Program-made: the position numbers and the translations under genes
Notes under the pieces: model-generated
What the model saw: the letters and a program-made list of their open reading frames with translations, nothing else
What the model was told of the DNA's origin: nothing
The model's database searches: none
From: Phoronis australis
Taxonomy: Eukaryota; Animalia; Phoronida
Assembly: GCA_002633005.1 (NCBI GenBank)
Contig: NMRA01000017.1
Location: 858,157-922,156, forward strand
DNA: 64,000 bases
Reading direction: 5' to 3'
Shown here: in pieces, positions 10,401 to 22,400 of the stretch
Numbering within the stretch: the first letter of the stretch is position 1
Layout of the letters: each line of letters starts with the position of its first letter

Positions 10401-13400
10401 GAAGTGGCGCATTTCTTTTTCTTGTAGGAATTCATTACATAGGCCAAATGACTGGCAACCAGTTCTCACATGTTTTTCTGAAGCAGATATCCGATGGTCA
10501 GATAGAATGGGTCAAACTGGAGGATGAGATTGACACGGTAGGTTGGCCAACCTTCATGACAGAATTATCAGGAAACATTGGATAAAATATTAACGACGAC
10601 ACTTCCGCTTTGATTCAGCCAGCTGTTGTGTTACGCATCAGTGACTTCTTCGTTGACCTCTTCATTCCATTTGGACATTGGAAAATGACTAAACCTTGTC
10701 TATGCAACTCTGAAATGGCCCAAATCAGTGCCCTAAAATGAAGGTACCCAGCGATCTGTAAAAATCTTTCAAGGTCTAAAATACACACCAGAAGTAATCT
10801 GATGACGTTCTGTTTCACCATGATGATGAGTTTTGACTGGTCATTCTAGGTATCCTTCTGCCCGGTCACCACCAACAGCACCCCCTGTTGTCACCTCATC
10901 GCCTGCCTCATGTAGCTAAAGCTAACATTGCTTTATACACTGCTTAGAGCAGATCACTTTTTTTTTCTTGGAAACGGATTGGCTTAAGTAGTAGGGGTGT
11001 CGCGTAGTGAATCTTGGACTCCCTGTATGATTTTCTTTGCTCAAAACTATGTGCTATACTGATCCAAATTCTGTTCACCACATTGAGGCTGTAAACACTG
11101 GAAAGGCATGACTGTGAAGTGACGGATTTCAAAATCAATAACACTTTCTGAAGATGAGGATTTGTGGGAGATAACAGAGATTCTAACCTTAAGGCACATT
11201 TTTAATCATTGGAGGGAATTTTTGGGGCTGATGAATTCATTGGAAGTTTCAAAGACGAGATTGATAGACAGTGTTGGTTTGAATTTCAATTAGACGATGT
11301 TACCTGCAGGTTAGTCTTGGCGAGCCAGGCAAGGCGAGGAAGTACCCGATTATGACAGGAAGTCGCGATGCACTCCGAGACGGGATTATTGACAAGTTTC
11401 CAGAGGAGAAGGAAGCTATTGAAAAATTTTTTAGATATGTCAGGGTAACGTAGTCTTGACATTATTCTGGAAATTCTTCTTTCATTCTTTAACTGAATTT
11501 ATTATAAATTCTGACAGAAGTTCACATATTAATATTCATCTGCAAAGGTCCAATCAATGTTATGAGCAATGCTCTTTCAACAACTTTGCTATTAGACTAA
11601 GCAGAAACAACGAGCTGAAAATTCATGAGGCTCTACATGTCACTTGGTGTAAGCCCAAACTCAATAGGCAACTGTCACTCCACAGGTGTTCATTGTTAGT
11701 CTAGTCTACTGTTATGCTTCCCTATAACAGACTATATCTGTGTATCACTACTTGTTGGGCCTAGCAAGTTGGGCGCTGTTTTTGCTTCTGAGGACAGTGT
11801 TTTAAGAAACACCAAAACAAGTCAAGCCAATTTAAATTAATCGTTTTTATGAACAGGGACAGTTTTTCATCTGGATCATTTTCATTGTAGACTTATATGA
11901 TAATTTATTTTAATTTTAGGCAGCTAACAAGTCATTCATTGGTTTGACCATTGTAAAAGCACTCTCAAAGAAGCTTGTCACATTCCTCATCAAGACGGGT
12001 CTTATCCGATTTGTCACGAGTTTCTTCAACTATGCTAGCCGTACAACTCAAGAAGTGCTCGATGAAGTCACCACTAATGAAGAGCTAAAAGCTGTTCTGG
12101 CTTACAGCTATGGCGATTATGGTGAATTTCACTCTAATCATTCACTTTTGTTGTATAACTGTCATATCAAGGTTTTGTAAAGATGTCGGAAATAAAGTTC
12201 ATGGTAATGCTTTTCCTGTTAAACGTATCATATAGTAGAACTGTGGAATTTCATTTTGTCTGCAACTATAAAGTGTAAGAACATTTTTGTAGCACGAGCA
12301 TGAATCGTACTGCACCTCTGTGTGAAACAACACCTGGTAAAAATTCTGTCACTTATATCAATGTAGTCGACTGCAGAAAAAAATAGAAAAAATGTCAATT
12401 TTAATTTTGGTTATTAATGAGAATGGAACTTGGTTCAATTCTATAACAATACTTGGAGTTCTATGTTTGTTTACTGTAAAAGTACCTTAATTTCTTTTGT
12501 CAGGTACTGAGCCAAGGTCTGGCAGTTTTGCCCAACATGCCGTGTTACTTTGTCACTACAGCCACGGAGGGTATTATCCACGCGGTGGCGCTAGTGAGAT
12601 CGCCTTTCACATGATTCCAGTCATAGAGAGGGCTGGTGGTCGTGTGTTCGTGCGAGCCCCTGTCAGTGAAATCCTGTTTAACGAGAAGGGCAAGGCTAAT
12701 GGTAGGTTGTGTTTGTGCATTGGTGGCTATGGTGATACTCCCACGTATTATTCACTAATGATTTAATTAATAGGAACGATTGCTTTCATTTCAAAGTTCT
12801 TTAAACATGTGGGTTTAAGGCCCGTGCTCTTGTAAGTGCTCACTCCTTATTTTTCAAAATTTCCGTATTAAGCACTAACTGCTCAGCTAAGCACCCACGC
12901 TCTACTTTTGTGAAATTTCAGTTCGGCACCCAGTGCTCTGACAAGCACTCACCTGACTGTAATTTTGTTCCTGGGATTGATTTTTAAAAGAAGTAAGGGA
13001 GTAATTCAAGTGTCTCCTTATGCACACAACAAATATGTCAAAAGAACCGCTCTTTTTTCGCAGTTTTAAGAGCCGAATCTTGGCCTTGTGAACCCCTAAG
13101 CTGAAGTGACATGCATTTTGCCATCACATTACAGCCTTACTGATTTTGTCCATGTGTGGCACATATTCAGTGCCAAGGAAGCAAACTCAAATCACCCAAT
13201 TTTAATGTAAATCTGCACAAAGTCGAAACAAATTAAGTATCGAATCTGTGAACAACATTAGACACGTTTTTTTCTTTTGAAATTGACACTGAATCGTTCC
13301 TGTGAATCATCTCGTAATTGATTGCAACCTTGTGGAAGTTTTTGCCAAGAATTTTTTCAAGAATTATTTTAGTTGAAAAATTTTAACTGCACTTAGATTT

Positions 13401-16400
13401 ATTCTAATTTTTGGTTTTAAAGACTTTGGTAACATTTATATGGCAGGCCAGTTTCTGACAGTGAGATTTTTTACACTTCATTTCCTACGGTGTTCCTTGT
13501 CACAAAATCTTTTTGAAAATCTGAGAAAATGAAGAAAATTCAGGTAAAAATGAGGTAGATAGCACGGACACTGAATTAAGTGAAATTTAATTTTTTTCTA
13601 TTTTACAGGTGTCCGTGTTCATAAGACAAGTGGTGACATCGATGTGTTTGCCCCTCTGATCATCTCTGATGCTGGCGTCGTTAACACGCTGACAAGTCTT
13701 GTGCCCAAAGATATTGCAGTCAAGTCTCGTAAGTAAAGTGATACTGACAGTTGTTGTGGGGAATATTTTCTTATTAAGTGAATCACTGTCTTGTTATTTG
13801 TATACTTAGGTGAAACACTAGTTATTTGCATAGTTTACTTAATATATGGATAACTTGTTATTTCCATAACTTGGGTGAATCTCTAGTTATATGTCTAATG
13901 CATTAAATATCTAGTTTTTTGGATACTCATTTGAATCACTTGTCGTGGGTAAAAATAGCTTTGTTGGTTATGGTTTTGTTATGGTTTGCACCCAACTCAT
14001 TTTGAAACCTGCATCTCAAAACTGCCATCAGATGGCACTGGCATGCAAATGACAAGGGGCTTTAGAAACCGACTCTTTGTTATCCAAAGATAAAGGACAT
14101 GTGCGTGCTTGGGAGGTAAAATTCTCATGATACACTGGCACTTTTAAGGACGAAGTTCTTATTGAGTATACTGGATGTGTGTATTTAAAAGTGAAAAATT
14201 GGACATTCTGGAATGGCCGTAAAGCCGGACATGAGCATCAAGAAGATTACTGTTACATATGGTATTTGTTCCGGTTTGTTTTTCTGTTTTGCTTCATCAT
14301 CACACAGACCAGTGTTGTTTCATGAAAGCTTTGGTTTCAAAATTCAGTTGCAATTGAGAGATAACCTTCTATTGACGGTCATAAATGCTCCAGATGTTCA
14401 TTTTTGCGAGCCTTTTTGACATGAAACTTAATTTGACTCGTTTTTCTGACAGTTGAACTGAGGGAGAAGCAGTTTTATGGAATTATTCGTCTTGCCTTTA
14501 GAATTATTCATCTTACCTTTAGAATTATTTGTCTTACATTTAGAATCATTTGTCTTACCTTTAGAATCATTTGTCTTACCTTTAGAATCAGCTGTCTTAC
14601 CTTTAGAATCATTTGTCTTACCTTTAGAATCATCTGTCTTACCTTAAGAATCATCTGTCTTACCTTAAGAATCATTTGTCTTACCTTTAGAAGCATTTGT
14701 CTAACCTTTAGAATCATTTGTCTTACCTTTAGAATCATTTGTCTTACCTTTAGAATCATTTGTCTAACCTTTAGAATCATTTGTCTTACCTTTAGAATCA
14801 TTTGTCTTACCTTTAGAATCATCTGTCTTACCTTTAGAATCATCTGTCTTACCTTTAGAATCATCTGTCTTACCTTTTACCTTTAGAATCATTTGTCTTA
14901 CCTTTAGAAGCATTTGTCTAACCTTTAGTGTCATTTGTCATTTGTCTTACCTTTAGAATCATTTGTCTAACCTTTAGAATCATTTGTCTTACCTTTAGAA
15001 TCGTTTGTCTTACCTTAAGAGTCATTTGTCTTACCTTTAGAATCATTTGTCTTACCTTTAGAATTAGTTGTCTTACCTTTAGAATTACTTGTCTTATCTT
15101 TACAATCATTTGAAGAAATGTGATAAACATGGAATATTACTAGATATTTATCTATAAAACTGATTGTTTGAAATTTTTCCATCATGATAACATTCTCTGA
15201 AGTTGTTGAGATATGTTGTACGCATATAACAATATAATTCATCCATGAACTTTCAGCCATGTACAAATTGTTAACGACTAAGACAGTGCAGTCTGGTGTG
15301 GGTGCATTCTCTCTGTTCGTCGGCCTCAAAGGAACCACAGAGGAGTTGGGACTAAAAGCTAACAACGTCTGGGCATTCACTGGGTTAGTATTTTATTTCA
15401 GTCTTCATCTGTCTTGTAAGTAGACTGTATTAAAAGGATAACAAACCTAGTTTTTTGCCTATTAGCATTGAAAACGCCTTTCCAATTCAGTTCTCTGAAA
15501 CAAAATGATGCTCTGTAACCTTCGACAACCCTCAAAAGTAAAAGTTGAAAACTTACAAAATCTGCTAAATAGGCAAACGTCACCTACGTTTTAGACGAGT
15601 TACACGACAACGGTAGGGACAGATCACACACGAAGAACTATAATATCCAATCTAAGTGACACAGAAGGTATGAGTTTTTAGTTGAATCTGAAGTTAGCCA
15701 AATTTTGGACATTTTTAGTGCCCTACGCTGCCTAAATGTTATACAGTCACGAGTATTGCTGTATGTATTTTGTTGTAGTCTATATGAGTAAAAGGAAACC
15801 TTTTAGTAACTTGAAGTTGATCTGTATTGTCTTAACGCCTTCACATTAATGGGTTTAAACGTCTCTCAAACTTAATGAAACTGTCACTTACTCAAATTTA
15901 ACTTAATTTTGTCAAACAACTTTCTGATCACATTGTCTGTTCTTCCTCACTAAAAAAATCTCTAGTTTGCAGTCCAGTAAGTCACTTGCAAGAATCGCCG
16001 TAAGGTGGCAGCACGTTACTGAGTAATAACTTTAGTGGCAGAAAGATCTCTACACCCACCACCTTAAACCAATTTTAAACATTTAACTTCATCGCTAAAG
16101 TATGTTGGTCCAAATAACACATGTCAGCACAGCAATCCACGTACACAGAACCTTCCAACTGTATACACTTAGATACAGGTCTGTCAAGCTCCGAAAACTG
16201 TGTTTTCTCTTTGACCTTGGGAACAAGACCATCGCTGCCTGGGTATGTTTCAACGACGCGAGCCAATGGCCAGGTATTTCTAGGAGCAGTTTTGTCGACA
16301 ACATCATTGATTTGAAGATTTTTTTCTGCTTCAACCATTTTTGATCACATAAATATTGAACTTGACGCCATCTACGCTTCAGATAGATGACGATTGTCCT

Positions 16401-19400
16401 TCCTGTCAAAGGTTCCAGGTGGGTAGTTGGAGTTAGCTCGCAACAAGGGCATCAGGGGCTGAAGGTCTCTTGGATGATTGACATGCATGTGATTGGCCTT
16501 CCATTCAGTATGGATTCAGTCTCGCACATCGAGGTACTCAAACTTTCAGTTGTCAGCGTCTGATCTTGCAGTAGAATCCCGAGCACCTTCCTCACACTGC
16601 GAATTTTGCACCTTTCCTTTATGCCTCCCCAATGAGATCCGGAGGGCGGATTAAATATCTACCTAATATTCTTCTGTGAGGCAAATCGTGAGATCACTTC
16701 TTGACTGAACTTGCTGAGTGACTCTCTGAGTTCCCTTTCTCCACCCACTAGATTGGTTCCATTGTAGCAACACTCGTCTGGCAAGCACTTGTATTTATAA
16801 CCCAAAACTTCGTGAAGTTTGGCTTTGGTGTAATTTCTGCCCATATGTCCGCAGACTTGGTAAAATGGCGGATAATCAATGCTGTCCCATAGTCGTACTT
16901 TGGTGGAATAATCTATTGCTTTACGCCTTCAGGAAATTTGTCTACCACCGACATTCAACAGACCATCTACCAAGACTGGGTCTAAGTTACGGATACTTCT
17001 GCACTTCTTGACCAGTGTCTTACCACCATCACTTGACTGGTAAAAGTCTGCCAGTTTGTCTGGGAAATGATGTCACTGAACAATTCTTAAAATGAGAATT
17101 TCCGCATCCAATTCCTCTGGCACCAAAAGACCAATTTCACCTGTCTTGCCTGTGATTTGGTTTATGAATATCTTCACCCAGGAAATCACTCTCATAGCCT
17201 TTGTCCACAAAGACCAGCAGTGAATAACCTCAAGAACCGGATGAGAGTCTGCAACTTTCTGTGAAAACACCTTGGTTGCTGTCTTTACTTCGGGATCGTC
17301 TTCAGAGAGTATAATTTCAGTGACTTTGTTGCATGGCCACTGGTCAGCTGGTTTTCTCAAGAAATTGGTTTCTGTCAACCACTTACTGTTGGACAGGAGT
17401 CTGTCAGCTGATAAACCTCTTGAGGCATCGTCTCCAGGGTTCACCTTCCCTTCTATGTGCTTCCATTGTTGGACAGTTGTTCCTTGATGGATAACAGTCA
17501 GTCGATTTGCGGCAAATATTTTGGATCTTTTGTCTGTGTTGCGTATGTACTTTGAGACGGCCTCACTATCGGTCCAAAACATCGACTCTTCAGTTACGTC
17601 CATCTCTCTTTGTATTGCTGCTTCAATTCTGACAGCTAAGGTAGCTGCTGACAATTCGAGTCAAGGTATTGCCATAATCTTTAAGGGACTCGCAGGAGAC
17701 TGATGAGGCTTGTGTTAACTTGACCCGTCGCCATAGTGGGTTTTCAGCAGTTTCAACCCCATGTCATATCCCTTCTTTGGGTTACCTATTAATATACTTT
17801 CTACCTTTGGTTCTTTGCCAAGGAACTGGTGCAAATAGTATAACCTTTGGCTTTCTGAGGTGATGCGTGAAGTGATATTTTCGAACGCCAGTCGGGTCGC
17901 CATCAAATCAAGGCATATTGGATTTTGGTAATGTCGTGCTTCCAAAAATTTTCGTCATTCTCTGTTCTTCTTTGTCGCTCTCATTTTTTACAGCTTTTTT
18001 GCGGGGTACATTTATATCAGCTGAAGATTCACTTTCAGAATCATCTCGGACTAGCTGCTTCACAAGCCAGGTTTCTGCTCTTTTCTTAAGAGTCACGACA
18101 TAAGTCTCTTTTTCTTCTAAATCTTCGAAGAGAACTTCAACATCTGACTGCTTCTGGCATACTTTAATTATTTCTTTGTAACAATCTTTATGCGTGTGCC
18201 AAATATGCTTTAAAGCATGGTGTTTTTGCTTAACTTCAGTCACAGACATTTCATCTAACATCAAGGAGCAAAATGTAGTAGATTTTTATCAGTTTTAACA
18301 TTAGTTTTGAGAGAATTCTGTACTGCCAACAGTCTTCCGTCCAACAACAATTTTATACAGAATGCCCTTAGCAATCATGGGAAAACAGCATTTCTGAGGA
18401 GTTGAATTATCCAAAGTTCCTAAAAGCTCTCAAATATTTCACATTCTACAAATCCCCATTGCAAACGGCCATCTTAAATACAAATCTTTTACATGAGAAA
18501 ACACAATGTCGGGTTATTAAAGAGATTATGAACATTTTCATTGACATGCCAAAATAAAGAAACAGTTACCATGTCCGCACTGTCTTTCATTTTACACTCT
18601 TGATATGTTCAACTTCTACAAATTACATTAAAGGCCAAAGAAAAATGTTTAGCCATATTTCATGTTAAGACTAGGAGTGTAATGACACTCATGCAATTTT
18701 AAGTCAAAACACCCTTTGATTGACTGGCACTGTAGTAATCACCTGCCAAATGAATGCCATCTTGACAGAGCACTCACACCTTAAAACATGGAAAAAGATT
18801 TTGTGCACACTATGTATCACCCAGGGGGAGAGGCACGTCTAATGGGTAGCCCAGTATGAATCCGTGAACACAAATAAACAATGTTATTTCAAAGCTCATA
18901 ACACCATTCATGGTATTCCAGAAATAAGGGTCACATTCAACAAACACAAACCTGTCACATTTGATATACACAGCTTCCAAGTTTTCACTCCCGCCGACTA
19001 GTTGTTGTTAACTCCAAATTACGGCATCCGAGATTTCAACGGTAAAGCACAATCTGGTAATATGAAGCAAAAGTGCGTCATATTACGAAAAAAAAACTCA
19101 TGATATGACGCATATTTGCGTGATATTACGCATCTTTGCGTTACGTTACGCACCAGTGTGTTACGTGACGCATTTTTGCGTAATATCACGCACGCAAATT
19201 TGCGTTACCGTTACACACAAATTTTTAATTGCCAATTACCAAAATCTCGTTAATTGATTTTTCAAAGCAAAATCAGGAATGTGTTTAAAAAGTGATAGTC
19301 TTTCGTACCAAGTCATTTTTGTTGAAAATATCTGGATATTTTTCATTTGCGTCACGTTACGTTCCAGTTCGGGACAAAATGAGATTTTCCCTATTTAAAT

Positions 19401-22400
19401 AAGATCGACTTCATGGCAGACGTAGTTCATTTCTACTCGCCAACAACGCTTCTTTAGCTCCTTCAGCTTCTGTCGTGTCATTGTCACTTCATCGTCTTGG
19501 TGCATCTTGGAGGCTAGTCGCGCATGTCTAAACTGTTGTAGTCGGCATGAGTAAAAATAAACCTTTTTAGTCACTTGAAGTTGATCTATATTTCTAAACG
19601 CTTTCACAACAATGGGTATTGTAAAACGCCTTCACAACAATGGGTTTAGACGTGTCTCAGACTTGAAAAAACTGTATCTTGATCAAACATAACTTATTTT
19701 GTCAAACAATTTTCTGATCACATTTTGTCTGTTCCTCCTCACTAAAACACTCCTCCAGATGGCAGTCCAGTTAGTCACTTGCAAGAATTGTCACAAGGTG
19801 GCAGCACTTTACAGTGTAATAACTTATTAAGTGGCAAAAAGGCCTCTGCATATATATTAGAGCATAAGCACTATATTTTGTATGCTCTCATTACCTGCGG
19901 CTAAAATATTCAACATGTAACTCTGTCTGGCCGCTAATGCTTTGTGTGTAAAGAATCGTGATATTGAGAAAATAGAAACTAACCACCTGGTATGGATGTT
20001 TGAAATGCAACAAAAATTCTTGATCTAATTTATTGTGTTACAGAACTAACCTGTCTGAGTTACAAGAGCGCTACATGTCCCTGTCAGCAGAAGAGGCAGC
20101 CAGTAGAGATATTCCATTGCTGTTCATATCCTTCCCATCCACGAAGGACCCCACTTGGGAAGAACGCTACCCAGGTTGGTTAATCGGTCCACAAGGGTAT
20201 GGCTGTCATTGACATTGTGTGGCGTGCCCATCAGATGCTAAGGATCATAGTCTCGTGTTACTTTGTTTAGTTTTAAGAATGTTTTGTAATAAAATCTAGT
20301 GTTAGTTTGACAGTGTGTTTTTAACTAATTCTCTGCGTTTCCTAATTTGAAACCCAATCCACATGGGCACTAGATGATATTAAGTTTTTTATTTGCTAAT
20401 GGTTTTATTTGATTGAATGAGATGATGTATGATATGCAGTCGGTACTTAGTAATTATTCCCAAACCCCCTTGATGGCTTGTTTATCAATTCTGTTTGAGA
20501 ACACTTCTTTTTGTTTGTTATATTTGCTGTTAAGGAGAAAAACAAAAATAGAGACCCACCAGTCAATTGGAAATGAGCTCTTGTCTTTTCGGAGAAGTTT
20601 TTACAGTTGGTTGTTGCTTTACACGATTCTGTTCAAGTTGACTGTCATTGTAGTGTAGCTTCAGCCACTGAGCGACTGTGGTTGTTGGGGGAATTCTAGA
20701 CATTGTACCAAATTCCAGTTCGCTGAAATGATAAGCCTTTGGAAGAGCAAATGTGTGTCAAGAAGGTTATTTTTAACGCTAGACCTTGTTCATTGTGGTT
20801 TTGAGTTCACAAGTCCTGTTGAACACTTGGTTTTTTTGTTACAACCTTTGTTCGACAGGTCGATCTGTGTGTACTGTTGTGACTCTGGCTAAATGGGATT
20901 GGTTCAAAGAATGGAAGGACAAGCAGGTATTGAAGAGGGGAGATGATTATGAGAGTCTCAAGGGGTCCTTTGCCAGCAAGATGTGGGACCAGGTCTGTGG
21001 ACACTTCCCCCAACTGAAGGACAAGGTGAGGGTCAAAGGTTATTCCATAGGCCAGACCACCAAATTTTACCAGAAACTTGACTTCAAAATTTATTCTTTG
21101 CGTTCCGTGAAATTTTGAAAGACTACTTGAAGTGTGCCCCGCGATGGATTTATTTTTTAGTCTAGTCATGGGTAAAGTTTGGTGGTTACAGACAAAGTGT
21201 TTGTTTTTAGTCAATAAAATGGAAACAAAACTGGGCTGCATTGTGTAGACTGAAAACATTAGCCATGTACTTGTGCCGAGAAATCCTCACCAGTGTAATG
21301 GAAACAATGCATTCCATCCCATAATTTATGAATTTCCTCCCATAATTCAACATTCCAACCTCACCGGACAATCATTTTATTAGCTGCCATTTTGCTCGGT
21401 CTTTCATGGTAAGGTCTTGACCATGTGATTTTGCACAGTGTTGCATGATCTTGCCTTTTTTCTAGAAACTTAAGTCTGTGGAACACGCCTTCAGTGAAGA
21501 AAGGACACCAGTTAATGTTGCATTTCAGTTTGTAGGTCAAAGGATGTCATGTAAGTTTTGAATAAGTTAACCAAGTTGTGCTCATACTGTAAGACGGGAC
21601 AATATCTTGTGGAACGCAAGGCAGTGCAAAATATTTCCGAGGGAATGAAAAAAATTTAAAAGAGAATGCAAAAGTTTTGCAAGGGAACGCAAAATATTTG
21701 TGAGGGAACACAAAATTTTTGTGAGGGAATGCAAAAATCTTGAATTTTTTTCGCATCATGTCCTTTTAGATGCTCTGTATGATAATTATATTTTAGCATT
21801 CTTTGTACTTCACAAAAATGTTGAACATTTGTCCAAAGGCAAAAGCCATTGGCTAAAAGTAATTCATATTCATTACTTTACGACATATTGAAAGATCTGT
21901 TTTATATCATGACAGGATGACTACATGAGCCTGGGCACTCCAGTGAGCAACACACACTACATCGGATCACCCAAAGGTGAGATCTATGGCATTGATCACA
22001 CTGTGAAGCGGTTTTCACCTGATGCTGCGATGACGATGAGACCTGACACAGGTATTCGTGGCCTAAAGCTGACAGGTAGGAATCGGTCAATTTATACTCT
22101 TGTCTGATGCTTTCGTATTCAGTCACTTAAAGAAGATTTCAATAGACTATGCATAATTTATGGTTAAGTTGGACCTTATTGACATGTTTGTAGATTGAGC
22201 CAAATATTAACAAGACTGTATATTTTAAGTCGGTAAATGTTTATTGTCTGACTGAAAATTTTATTATTTTGTTCTAGTCAAGGTCAGTCAAGGTCAGAGC
22301 TTAGTCAAGGTTGGGACTTGTACCAAATTTTAGAAAGAGGCAATACCAATGATTACCTCACAAAAGATTATTCACCTCTATCAGTCGATGTTTTACACTA

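Noticed and set aside
14508-15130. ORFs of repeated MILKVRQ / IICLTFR
   Set aside because: Translation artefact of a 21-bp minisatellite inside a RETSAT intron.
19061-19215. Palindromic repeats resembling a CRISPR array
   Set aside because: No unique spacers, no cas genes, and a eukaryotic intronic context.
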